Positions 26,652 to 36,343 of a DNA stretch of 64,000 nt are shown here, piece after piece (position 1 is the stretch's first letter; each line of letters starts with the position of its first letter). The DNA is taken from positions 1 through 64,000 of the forward strand of contig CAVQBK010000006.1 of NCBI GenBank assembly GCA_963710755.1, read 5' to 3'. This stretch comes from an uncultured bacterium (lineage in GTDB: Bacteria; Oederibacteriota; JAAXVQ01; JAUVAV01). The position numbers were made by a program, and so were the translations under genes. The notes under the pieces are model-generated. The model saw only the letters and a list, made by a program, of their open reading frames with translations, did no database searches and was not told the origin of the DNA.

Positions 26652-28586
26652 ATGCATCGTCTTTCAGCCTGGCTGTTAACGATCATTTTACTTTTACCTG
26701 TCATAGTCATGGGCTTTGGCAGTGATGAGGCCGGAACATCGGCCGGCGTGCTGCTGGGCCAACCTGCTTCCGCACGTCTGCTGGCCATGGGCGGTGCCGG
26801 TACGGCCGCCAGCCAAGGTGCCGAAGCTATGGGCTGGAATCCTGCTAATCTGACGACGCTTTCAACATTTAACAGCCAATTTTCCTTTCGTCGCCACTTT
26901 ATGGACACAGAACTTGGCTATATCACGGCAGCCTTGCCGACCGCTTTGGGCGTACCTGCACTGGCCTTCACTTATGCCCGTTCTACTAATATTACAGGTT
27001 ATGACAGCAGCGGCCTGGCCACCGGTACTTTTGCCACCCAGGACATGGACTTGCAGGCCGGATGGGCCATAAAGTGGGATCAGTGGAGTGTGGGATTAGC
27101 CGGTCATTATTTTTATCAAGATCTTTACACAGCCAAAATCCATGGCTGGGGTGTGGATGTGGGCGGAACATATGAAATTTTACCCTGGTTAAAAACCGGT
27201 TTGTCTGTATTGAGGCTCGGCAAGACCGAGCATGGCGATCCTTTCGGTACGGAACTAAGAGGCGGCATGGCGGCTTCGGTGTTATCCAATTTAACCCTGG
27301 CCGCCGATATCGCATTTCCCCGCGACAGCAACCACTATTTTGCCTCAGGTATCGAATGGACTCTTTTTCACATGCTTTCTTTGCGTGCAGGATGGTCCAA
27401 TGGGCCGGCTGATAAAAGCCAATGGACTAATTTAGGCTGGTTAAGCGCTGGTCTGGGCTTAAAGTGGCAAGAATTCACTCTCGATTATTTATACGAACCG
27501 GCCGGATTTGTGGAAGATGTACATCAAATAACCTTGGGTTATCAGTATCATTTTAATCCACCTTCGCAGGCTTCCCCGGTCCTGGCTACGCAGGAGAATC
27601 AGTCCTGGCAGCCCCGGCCTTTAGCCACAACCGCGGCCGGGGGTATGCGTATGCAATTCATGCCCAGAACTTTGAACCGCAACTATCAAGTGAAAGAAAT
27701 GACTTTTAATATTAGCGGTCCTGACGGCCAGGTCATCCGTACCTATCACTTCATTGGCCAGGACAATGTTCCTAGAACCATTTCCTGGGATGGCCGCGAC
27801 AACCAAGGTCACTTGGTAACCGGTGGGCCCTATACTTTTCAAGTTAAGTATTTAACCAATCGCGGGCCTTTGGACTATACGGAGCAGTGGCCTCTGGTTT
27901 CTGTAACAGGCAAACTGCAATTTCTGGACAAGGGTGCGGGCATTGCTCCGCAAGCTCAGGTTAATGCCCAGGGAGCATTGAGCCAAGTTCAGGCCTGGAC
28001 GCTGTCCATATATAAAGAGCAGGAAGCCATGCCAATACGGGCTATAACCGGCCAAGGCGCCCTGCCGGAGCAATTGATCTGGGACGGTAAAACTGATCGC
28101 GGAGAATGGGCTGATCCCCAAGCCCGCTATCGACTCCTGCTCCATCTGACCAATAAAAACGGGGCTCAAACCGCCATAGAAGAAACGTTACCGCCCGTGC
28201 CTGCGCAAGTCATGGAAGATAAAAAAGAATCAGTACGGTTTAAATTAATTGAAATCGAATTCGCTTTTCGCAGCAACAAGATTACCCCTGGAATTCTGCC
28301 CCAACTGGACAAGGCTGTTGAAATTTTCAAACATTATCAATCCAGGATTACAACGATTCGCATTGAAGGCCACGCTGATGAGGTTGGTTCAGAGCGGGTG
28401 AATACTAATGTCAGCCGCCGGCGGGCACTGGAAGTCCGGTATTATATGTATCACCATGGCGTGCCTTCCAGTTTTCCCATCCAGGTTAAGTGGTTCGGTA
28501 AAAAACACCTTTATTCCAAATCAGGAACTGAAGAAGGACGTGCCAAAAATCGGCGGGTTGAAATTGTATTTGAAATGGAAAAATAA
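26652..28586 (+). CDS. PorV/PorQ-like beta-barrel fused to two FlgD-Ig-like domains and an OmpA-type peptidoglycan-binding domain
   Basis: SARLLAMGGAG...WNPANL N-terminus, barrel ending HQITLGYQY, WDGRD and WDGKT modules, then IEGHAD...VSRRRA...NRRVEI. Confidence 0.8.
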   Translation: MHRLSAWLLTIILLLPVIVMGFGSDEAGTSAGVLLGQPASARLLAMGGAGTAASQGAEAMGWNPANLTTLSTFNSQFSFRRHFMDTELGYITAALPTALGVPALAFTYARSTNITGYDSSGLATGTFATQDMDLQAGWAIKWDQWSVGLAGHYFYQDLYTAKIHGWGVDVGGTYEILPWLKTGLSVLRLGKTEHGDPFGTELRGGMAASVLSNLTLAADIAFPRDSNHYFASGIEWTLFHMLSLRAGWSNGPADKSQWTNLGWLSAGLGLKWQEFTLDYLYEPAGFVEDVHQITLGYQYHFNPPSQASPVLATQENQSWQPRPLATTAAGGMRMQFMPRTLNRNYQVKEMTFNISGPDGQVIRTYHFIGQDNVPRTISWDGRDNQGHLVTGGPYTFQVKYLTNRGPLDYTEQWPLVSVTGKLQFLDKGAGIAPQAQVNAQGALSQVQAWTLSIYKEQEAMPIRAITGQGALPEQLIWDGKTDRGEWADPQARYRLLLHLTNKNGAQTAIEETLPPVPAQVMEDKKESVRFKLIEIEFAFRSNKITPGILPQLDKAVEIFKHYQSRITTIRIEGHADEVGSERVNTNVSRRRALEVRYYMYHHGVPSSFPIQVKWFGKKHLYSKSGTEEGRAKNRRVEIVFEMEK

Positions 28587-28636
28587 CTTGCAAAAGCTAT
28601 CGTAGAGAAACGTGAAACAGCACCAACGAAAAACGG

Positions 28637-29182
28637 TCACGTCCAAACCACCTTCCACTTCCAGGCCTGGGAATTACTAAAATCGCTTTGTACAGCCGTG
28701 ACTTTTAATCTGATGATCCCTAAAAAACCCTCCAGCCAGCCGCACATATAGATTCTCATATATTCCGGAAATTGGGGATAATCTCGAATGACAAAAGTGC
28801 CTTCCTTGCCGCCCGCATAAATCATTTCTGCGGCACCGGTGTCGTAAAAGGCGCGCCAGAGTTGAGGTAATTTCTTAAACACAAATTCCTTGGTAGGAAT
28901 GGATAAAAAGATTTGATAAAAGAGTGGAGCTTTCCTGGCCATCACCAGCCCCAGGTTGGACAGGCTTTTAGCCTCCGGTCCCGGAAAAAGCAGCTGGGCG
29001 GCCTCATAGATGGGCGATCCTTTCTTTGCCAAGGGGATGTCCACCCAGGAAACCGCCAATTTGTTGAAGATCACTTGGGATTCGGGCGTGATTCGGGGCA
29101 GGTAGTCCTTGGCAAAATCAAACGACCGTTCTTCGATCACCTTTCTTATAATGACCAATCCGCTGCCTTTAACTTTGTTCAT
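28637..29182 (-). CDS. Hypothetical protein, DUF2378/V4R-like; paralog 1
   Basis: 181 aa with KVKG start, PQLWRAFYDTG and GWLEG motifs; clear paralog of the next gene. Confidence 0.6.
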   Translation of the reverse strand: MNKVKGSGLVIIRKVIEERSFDFAKDYLPRITPESQVIFNKLAVSWVDIPLAKKGSPIYEAAQLLFPGPEAKSLSNLGLVMARKAPLFYQIFLSIPTKEFVFKKLPQLWRAFYDTGAAEMIYAGGKEGTFVIRDYPQFPEYMRIYMCGWLEGFLGIIRLKVTAVQSDFSNSQAWKWKVVWT

Positions 29183-29296
29183 GGCCGCCTCTTTTCATGC
29201 ACGCTGGTTTAACCTTTGGCCTTTATTTTAAAATCAAGGCAATACCATACTCAACGCCATTGGCGAAAAACTTACGCTGATACAAATAATAAATCT

Positions 29297-29842
29297 TCAA
29301 GCCCAAACCATTGTCCATTTCCAGGCCTGAGGATCACTGGCGTCAGCTTTTACAGAGGTTATCTTCAATTTGATGATGCTAAAAAAACCTTCCAACCAGC
29401 CACACATATACCATTGCATATACCGCGGAAAATCAGGGTAATCTTTAATAACTAACGTGCATTCCTTACCGCCTCCATAAAGTACTTCCACTAATCCAGT
29501 ATCATAAAACGAGCGGTATAATTGAGGCAGTTTCTTAAACACAAACTCTTTGGTGGGAATGGATAAAAAGATTTGATAGAAGATGGGGGCTTTCTTGGCC
29601 ATCAGCAGGCCCAGGTTGGTAAGACCTTTTTCTTCCGGTCCTGGAAAGAGTAATTGGGCTGCTTCATAGAGAGTCGATCCTTTCTTTTCCAAGGGGATGT
29701 CCACCCAGGAGACCGCCAATTTGTTGAAGATCGCTTGCGATTCTGGTGAGAGCCTGGGCACGAAATCTTTAGCAACGTCAATGGCACGTTCTTCCAACAC
29801 TTTTTTCAAAATAACATTACCGCTGCCTTTGACCTTGTTCAT
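29297..29842 (-). CDS. Hypothetical protein, DUF2378/V4R-like; paralog 2
   Basis: 181 aa, gap-free alignment to 28637..29182 with about 48 substitutions by manual count. Confidence 0.6.
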   Translation of the reverse strand: MNKVKGSGNVILKKVLEERAIDVAKDFVPRLSPESQAIFNKLAVSWVDIPLEKKGSTLYEAAQLLFPGPEEKGLTNLGLLMAKKAPIFYQIFLSIPTKEFVFKKLPQLYRSFYDTGLVEVLYGGGKECTLVIKDYPDFPRYMQWYMCGWLEGFFSIIKLKITSVKADASDPQAWKWTMVWA

Positions 29843-30021
29843 GGCCGCTCCTTGTCATGCCCATGTTTAACGCGCTGGTATCACCCTAATATATTTTCCA
29901 GCCTTAATGTGCATCATCTCACGCGCGTTGCGTTTCTTTTTTATTATCGAGCGACAGAAAGGTTTACTTTACTGAAGTATCTATATATCCATTTTCGTTC
30001 CATATCATTTTTTCCAACCAT

Positions 30022-31131
30022 TCAACGCCAGCTGGGCACCACATGATCATAACGGCTATGCGTAATATTACGGACATGACTGCCGTCGGCGTTCATGACA
30101 TAAATATTCCAGGCATTGTTCCATTTGGCGATATAAGCGATCATCTTGCCATCGGGCGAGAAAATGGGATCATCTTTGTCCTGCTGATCCTTGGTAATAC
30201 GGTAATACGTCTTGGATGCTTCGTTGTATAAATAAAGCTGCCGGCAATGATGATTGACCGAATCCGAAGTAAACACCATGACATTTTCTTTGGGTGAGAA
30301 TACAGGGTCGCCAACATCGATAAGTCCGTCATAGTCCACCACAGGATAACTCTGCTTTTTTTCCATATCATAAAAGAATATTTCGTGGCGATCACGGTTA
30401 ATAGCTTCGTAGGATATTTTGGAACCATCCAAGGAAAAGCCATAGCCGTAATGATGGCCTCCAGGCTGTGTAATTACTTGTTGTTTTTGGCCATCGCCAT
30501 TCATCACCATCAAATAGCTGGAAGCGCCGCGATGTACGGTATACAATATTTTTTTATTGTCCGGACTCCATATGGGATTGGTCTTGTCTTCCTCCCCCCT
30601 GGTCAACTGAACAATCGATTTGTCATCGAGTGTCATTTTATAAATCTGATAATTGCCCTGCCGGTTGGAGGAAAAAATCACCCATTGGCCGTTGTAAGAA
30701 ACATGAGGATCGCGATCAAAAGCTTCACTGTAGGTTAGACGTTCCAGATGCTCACCATTGCTATCGATCATATACAACTGATAAAAACGGGAATCACGGT
30801 TGGAGGCAAAAACAATACGTTTTAAAACACCACCACCGGGAAGTTCCGGTGCCACTACCTTTGGTTTGGAAGCAACTGGCGGTAGCGGCGGCGGTACGGC
30901 CTTGGCTAAGCGGCGTACCACAGGTGGCGTTGCCGGGTCGACGGCCATGGTATGGATGGCTTGAGATACCACCGGGCCAACGGAAAGTGATACGGGAATG
31001 TATCCCGGGTTGCCGGGCAAGTGCATGCCCACCCAAAATATAATTAAAATGTTCACCATTGAAAGTCCTATCAATGTTCTCAAAAACCCGCCGTCATCAT
31101 CATGCATCAATGTTCTTAGGTTGCGGAACAT
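30022..31131 (-). CDS. Membrane-anchored TolB-like beta-propeller (PD40 repeats)
   Basis: One N-terminal TM helix, a Pro-rich linker, then repeats such as IVFASNRD, PIWSPDNKKI and PIFSPDGKMIAY. Confidence 0.85.
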   Translation of the reverse strand: MFRNLRTLMHDDDGGFLRTLIGLSMVNILIIFWVGMHLPGNPGYIPVSLSVGPVVSQAIHTMAVDPATPPVVRRLAKAVPPPLPPVASKPKVVAPELPGGGVLKRIVFASNRDSRFYQLYMIDSNGEHLERLTYSEAFDRDPHVSYNGQWVIFSSNRQGNYQIYKMTLDDKSIVQLTRGEEDKTNPIWSPDNKKILYTVHRGASSYLMVMNGDGQKQQVITQPGGHHYGYGFSLDGSKISYEAINRDRHEIFFYDMEKKQSYPVVDYDGLIDVGDPVFSPKENVMVFTSDSVNHHCRQLYLYNEASKTYYRITKDQQDKDDPIFSPDGKMIAYIAKWNNAWNIYVMNADGSHVRNITHSRYDHVVPSWR

Positions 31132-31645
31132 GTTTGGGCCTCCATAATATTATATTATTATATATTATCTTATTATATCCAAATGATGTCAACCTTTAAT
31201 AACTTCCCCCTCATCCCCAGCTTTCTTACCCTGGAGAATGATGGGGATTTAATCAACTAACTATCTACTCCTGTCAAATCCCTTGCGCTTTGTTGCCGAA
31301 GACAGTCCCGTTAAGTTGGCGTTTATGAATGGCCGAGGACGTAGGATGATTTAATAAAAGGGTGGAGGAGATTTAAATAAACATTTTTTCCAACGCGAAG
31401 ACATGTTGCGGACGACTGGATTTAATATTGGTGCGGGACAATATCAATTTGAAAGGTAGATGGTCATGGCAATAAAATCTAATGTAGTGATACGGCTTAT
31501 AAACTATAGATCCTCGGGCACGCGAGGCTTCTCTTCCCTCTTCCCCATGAAAATCAAGCAACCACTTTAATTAACCAGAAAGATCGTTTGTCGTCTGCCC
31601 GGTTCAACCAAATCATATAAATGTATCATTAAGGCTAAATTCGGT

Positions 31646-32383
31646 TTATCTCTGCCTTAATTTGGCCAGCAGCCTAAGAATTTCGAGGTAGAGCCATACC
31701 AACGTGACCATCAGCGCAAAGGCACCATACCATTCCATGTACTTGGGAGCACCTTGTTGGGATCCCTGCTCAATAAAGTCAAAATCCAGCACCAGGTTAA
31801 GGGCCGCAATGGTAACCACAAACAAGCTGAAAAGAATACCAAAAAGACCGCCTGAATTAATCAAGGGGACTTGAATGCCAAAAAATCCAAGAATGATGGA
31901 GATAAAATAAAACACGGCAATCCCGGCAGTGGCGGCCACCACCCCTAGCTTGAAATTTTCGCTGGCTTTGATCAAGCCCGTACGGTAGGCCACCAACATG
32001 GCTAGCAACGTGGCAAAAGTAAGCCCCACGGCAGGCAGAACAATCCCCGGATATTGCGCTTCCATGATGGCCGAAATGCCGCCTAAGAACAACCCTTCCA
32101 GCAGGGCATAAATCGGCGCCAACACCGGTGCCCAGGTCTTTTTAAAAATCACCACCATAGCCAGTACAAAGCCACCAATCAACCCGGCCCATATCATAGG
32201 TCCCACCGCAGCGGTTTGGCCGCTAAAGTAACTGGTCCAGGGCCAGAGCGCGGCCAACAACAATAGAGCCAAAAGGAAAAACGATTTATTGACCGTTCCC
32301 TGAACAGTCATTCCGGCCTGGCCGGTCATGGTCAGTGTTTGGTTAAAGACTTGCCCCTGTAAGGCCGGATTACCAGTGCGCAT
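31646..32383 (-). CDS. Bax inhibitor-1/YccA family membrane protein
   Basis: MTVQGTVNK, YALLEGLFLG, LVLDFDFIE, GAPKYMEWYGAF and WLYLEILRLL; about 7 TM segments. Confidence 0.92.
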   Translation of the reverse strand: MRTGNPALQGQVFNQTLTMTGQAGMTVQGTVNKSFFLLALLLLAALWPWTSYFSGQTAAVGPMIWAGLIGGFVLAMVVIFKKTWAPVLAPIYALLEGLFLGGISAIMEAQYPGIVLPAVGLTFATLLAMLVAYRTGLIKASENFKLGVVAATAGIAVFYFISIILGFFGIQVPLINSGGLFGILFSLFVVTIAALNLVLDFDFIEQGSQQGAPKYMEWYGAFALMVTLVWLYLEILRLLAKLRQR

Positions 32384-32576
32384 GATGAGTTCGCCTCCAA
32401 AGTCGTATTCAGATCAACAGACTGATTCGAATGGTTATCATAACAAAGGCTCAAAGCAAGGTCAATGTGTTTGAATTGTTCATTCTTTGGTTTTCATTTA
32501 AATGAATTTATTATAGAATCCTTTGGCTGTTGCCAAGCACACGGCGGCACTAGTGATTCTTTTAAGGAGATTAGTA

Positions 32577-33674
32577 ATGTCATTATCCATAGGTATCGTG
32601 GGCCTGCCCAATGTGGGCAAATCCACCTTATTCAACGCCATCACCAATGCCCAGGCCGAAGCCCAAAATTATCCCTTTTGTACGATCGAACCCAATACGG
32701 GCATTGTGCCTATTCCCGACGCCCGGTTGGCCGTGCTGGCCGGTATGAGTCAAAGCAAAAAAACCATCCCCGCCACCATTACCTTCACTGATATTGCCGG
32801 TTTGGTCAAAGGCGCCAGTCAAGGCGAAGGCTTGGGTAACAAATTTCTCTCCCACATCCGGGAAGTCTCCGCCATAGCCCATGTGGTGCGCTGCTTTGAA
32901 GATGATAATATCACCCATGTCAGCGGCCATATCAATCCTATGGAAGACATTGACATCATCAATACGGAATTGATTATTGCTGATTTGGAAATGGCTGAAA
33001 AAATGCACGGCAACATGGAAAAACAGGCCAAACGTGCTAAAGACCAGGACAGTCTGGAACGATTCGCCCTCCTGACCAAGGTTAAGGAAGCCCTGGGCCA
33101 GAATCTGCCGGTGCGTTCCCTGACCCTGACCGAGCAGGAAGCGGCCTTGGTCAAGTCCATGAATTTCCTTTCCTATAAGAAGGTTATTTATTTGGCCAAT
33201 ATCAGTGAAGCCTTGATCGGTCAGCCCAATCCCTTGGCCGACCAGGTCCAGGCTCACGCCCAAGCCGGGCAAGATGAGTTTGCCATAATCTGCGGCAAGG
33301 TGGAGGAAGAATTATCCAAGCTGTCCGAGGAGGAAAAAGACGAATTTTTAAAAGCTTTGGGCATTGCCGAATCAGGCTTGGATGTGGTGGCCGGAAAATG
33401 TTTTCACCTATTGGGCCTGCAAACCTATCTTACCACCGGTGAAAAAGAAACTCGCGCCTGGACCATCCACAAAGGCGACACTGCCCCGCAGGCCGCCGGC
33501 GTGATTCATAGTGATTTTGAACGGGGATTCATCAGGGCCAACATTGTCGGTTATGACGACTTTGTCAAGCTGGGCGGTTGGAAGGAAGCCCGGGAAAAAG
33601 GGGCTCTCCGCCAGGAAGGTAAAGATTATATTATGCAAGACGGCGATGTGGTTGAATTTTTATTTAATGTTTAA
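32577..33674 (+). CDS. ychF: Redox-regulated ATPase YchF
   Basis: GIVGLPNVGKST, NYPFCTIEPN, DIAGLV, GEGLGNKFL and EGKDY...DGDV; start after an AAGGAG RBS. Confidence 0.97.
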   Translation: MSLSIGIVGLPNVGKSTLFNAITNAQAEAQNYPFCTIEPNTGIVPIPDARLAVLAGMSQSKKTIPATITFTDIAGLVKGASQGEGLGNKFLSHIREVSAIAHVVRCFEDDNITHVSGHINPMEDIDIINTELIIADLEMAEKMHGNMEKQAKRAKDQDSLERFALLTKVKEALGQNLPVRSLTLTEQEAALVKSMNFLSYKKVIYLANISEALIGQPNPLADQVQAHAQAGQDEFAIICGKVEEELSKLSEEEKDEFLKALGIAESGLDVVAGKCFHLLGLQTYLTTGEKETRAWTIHKGDTAPQAAGVIHSDFERGFIRANIVGYDDFVKLGGWKEAREKGALRQEGKDYIMQDGDVVEFLFNV

Positions 33675-33724
33675 CTGGACAAGGACAGCCCGACCAAACT
33701 GTTCCTGACCAAAGCCGGTAAAAT

Positions 33725-33763
33725 AAAAAAGGGATAAGCGGATAAACCGCTTATCCCTTTTTT
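33725..33763. terminator. Bidirectional intrinsic terminator between convergent ychF and pnp
   Basis: AAAAAAGGGATAAGCGG-ATAAA-CCGCTTATCCCTTTTTT, a perfect inverted repeat. Confidence 0.9.
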
Positions 33764-33775
33764 CATTAGGTGCGT

Positions 33776-35896
33776 TTAGGCGTCCTGTTCGCCGGTTTCC
33801 TTCAAGGCATCCTTGTAGGAAAGTTTTACCCGGCCATTGCCTTCGATATCAATTACTTTAACAGGAATTTCCTGACCTTCTTTAAGAACATCCGTGACGT
33901 TCTTGACCCTATAATCAGCGAGCTGGGAAATATGCACCAAGCCATCTTTCCCCGGCACAATTTCCACAAAAGCCCCAAAATCCATGATCTTTCTAACTGT
34001 GCCCTGGTAGATTTCGCCAATTTCCACTTTCGGGGCCAATTTTCTTATCCAGTCCATAGCCTTTTGCATAGCAGCCGGATCTTTAGCCGCCACGTTGATT
34101 TTACCCGTATCCTCGATGTCAATCTTGGTGCCCGTTTCCTCGGTGATCTGTTTGATCATTTTGCCACCGGGACCAATGATGTCCTTGATGAATTCCGGAT
34201 CAATCTGAATGGATTCAATACGCGGAGCATACTGGGAGATTTGCGAATTGGGTTGCGAAATGGTATTGTTCATGGATTCGAGGATATGCATACGGGCATC
34301 GCGCGCTTGCTCCAATGCCTGCTGCATAATATCGTGACTTAAGCCGGTAATCTTGATATCCATCTGAATGGCGGTAATGCCATCCTTGGTGCCGGCCACT
34401 TTAAAATCCATATCCCCGAAATGATCTTCCAAGCCCTGGATATCTGTCAAAACCGTGTAATTTTCTTCATGCTTAATCAAGCCCATGGCAATACCTGCTA
34501 CATGCTGGCTCAAAGGCACGCCGGCGTCCATTAAGGATAAAGAAGCGCCGCAAACCGTGGCCATGGAAGAGGATCCATTGGATTCCAGAATATCCGAAGT
34601 AACTTGAATGGTGTAATTAAATTTTTCTTTCTCCGGGATAAGCGGTGCCAATGCCCGCTCGGCCAGCATTCCATGGCCGATTTCCCTGCGCCCAGGGCCG
34701 CGTACCGGCCGAGCTTCCCCAACGGAAAAGGAAGGGAAATTATAATAAAGCATGAAATTTTTCTTATATTCACGCTCTAATTCTTCCATCAATTGTTCAT
34801 CCCCGGCCGTACCCAGGGTGGTCACCACCAGGGCTTGCGTCTGACCGCGCGTAAAAATGGCCGAGCCATGAGGACGGGGCAACACACTGACTTCTGATGA
34901 CAGCGCGCGAATATCTTTCAATCCCCGACCGTCGGGACGAATATGGCGCAAGGCAATATCTTCACGAACCGTCTGCACTTCCAGATCATCCAAAATTTTC
35001 TTAACGTCTTTTTCCATAGCTGCAAAAGCTTCATCATCCTTGGTCTGTTCGGCCAATTGTGCCAGAGCCTTTTTCTTGGCCTCAGCCACGGCATTGGCCC
35101 GGGCTTGTTTGTCCACTGTGCGAACAGCGTCTGCTATCGACGCCCCTGCCAATGACCTGACTTTTTCCACCAAGGCTTCGTCTATGGTCTTGATCTCGAT
35201 GACCCTTTTAGGCTTACCCACCTTGGCTGCTAATTCTTCCTGCATTTCCACCAAGGTCTTGATGTATTGCTGGGCCAGTTTAAAGGCATCAAGCATCACG
35301 TTTTCCGGCACTTGTTCAGCCTCGCCTTCCACCATGACAATGTTATCCTTACTACCGGCCACCACAATATCCAGATCTGCTTGGGTCACCTGATCAAAAG
35401 TAGGATTGATGATGAACTCTCCATCAATCCTACCGATGCGTACAGCACCCAATAAATTTTGATAGGGAATATCGGAGATGGCCATGGCGGCCGAGGCGCC
35501 AATCAAGGCCGGGATATCGGAATTATTTTCCAAATCCGAGGAGATGACCAAGGTATAGACTTGCAACTCATTGTGCATGCCCTTGGGCACCTGAGGCCTG
35601 ATGGCCCGGTCAATAAGACGGGCGGTTAATATTTCCTTTTCTCCCGGTCTCCCTCCCCGTTTAAAAAAACCACCGGGGATTTTTCCTGCAGCATAGGTAC
35701 GTTCACGGTATTCCACGGTCAAAGGAAGAAAATCAATGCCTTCTCTAGCTTCATCAGCACATACCGCAGTTGCCAGAATGACCGTGCCCCCATATTGAAT
35801 GGTCACTGCCCCATGGGCTTGTTTAGCAACATGTCCCGTGGTAATGGTTAATGTTCTTCCAGCCAACTCGCGACTGACTGATGTTGATCCTTCCAA
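33776..35896 (-). CDS. pnp: Polyribonucleotide nucleotidyltransferase
   Basis: AAGKIPGGFFKR, FTRGQTQ, RREIGHG, SNGSSSMA and GDMDFKVAG motifs, with KH and S1 domains. Confidence 0.98.
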   Translation of the reverse strand: MEGSTSVSRELAGRTLTITTGHVAKQAHGAVTIQYGGTVILATAVCADEAREGIDFLPLTVEYRERTYAAGKIPGGFFKRGGRPGEKEILTARLIDRAIRPQVPKGMHNELQVYTLVISSDLENNSDIPALIGASAAMAISDIPYQNLLGAVRIGRIDGEFIINPTFDQVTQADLDIVVAGSKDNIVMVEGEAEQVPENVMLDAFKLAQQYIKTLVEMQEELAAKVGKPKRVIEIKTIDEALVEKVRSLAGASIADAVRTVDKQARANAVAEAKKKALAQLAEQTKDDEAFAAMEKDVKKILDDLEVQTVREDIALRHIRPDGRGLKDIRALSSEVSVLPRPHGSAIFTRGQTQALVVTTLGTAGDEQLMEELEREYKKNFMLYYNFPSFSVGEARPVRGPGRREIGHGMLAERALAPLIPEKEKFNYTIQVTSDILESNGSSSMATVCGASLSLMDAGVPLSQHVAGIAMGLIKHEENYTVLTDIQGLEDHFGDMDFKVAGTKDGITAIQMDIKITGLSHDIMQQALEQARDARMHILESMNNTISQPNSQISQYAPRIESIQIDPEFIKDIIGPGGKMIKQITEETGTKIDIEDTGKINVAAKDPAAMQKAMDWIRKLAPKVEIGEIYQGTVRKIMDFGAFVEIVPGKDGLVHISQLADYRVKNVTDVLKEGQEIPVKVIDIEGNGRVKLSYKDALKETGEQDA

Positions 35897-35953
35897 AATA
35901 GTGCCTCCTTAGCTTACGCAGGAAAAGTGGATCTTCATTTTTTAAGCTTTAGC

Positions 35954-36223
35954 TTATTTACGAAGATTGAGTTTAGCAATGATTGCTTTATAGCGGTTTG
36001 CGTGATGCTTCTTGAGGTAATCAAGAAGACGACGGCGTTTACTAACTAACATTAGCAAGCCAGTACGGGAATGGTGATCTTTGGAGTGAACTTTGAAATG
36101 ATCGGTTAACTCTTTGATGCGTTCCGACAGTATAGCGATTTGCACTTCCGGTGAACCCGTATCTGATTCATGAACCTTGTTATCTTCGATGATTAGTTTT
36201 TTACGCTCTTTGACTATGGTCAT
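35954..36223 (-). CDS. rpsO: 30S ribosomal protein S15
   Basis: [10 protein letters not shown]...[10 protein letters not shown]...RRRLLDYL; upstream of pnp. Start placed at MTIVK after GGAGG. Confidence 0.98.
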   Translation of the reverse strand: MTIVKERKKLIIEDNKVHESDTGSPEVQIAILSERIKELTDHFKVHSKDHHSRTGLLMLVSKRRRLLDYLKKHHANRYKAIIAKLNLRK

Positions 36224-36343
36224 CCTCATGCACCTCCTCTCCATAGTATTTTTAAAGAATAAACACTGCTTACCTTACAATTGTATGGAAAATTTTTATA
36301 TCATATTGACCCTTTCCTGTCAACAGAATAGTCATTTTTGACC

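Noticed and set aside
31140-31640. 500-nt intergenic region as a riboswitch, ncRNA or small ORF
   Set aside because: Weak hairpins only, with no recognisable RNA family consensus or credible ORF.
32628-34342. Antisense ORFs of 214 aa and 190 aa over ychF and pnp
   Set aside because: Shadow frames of conserved genes.
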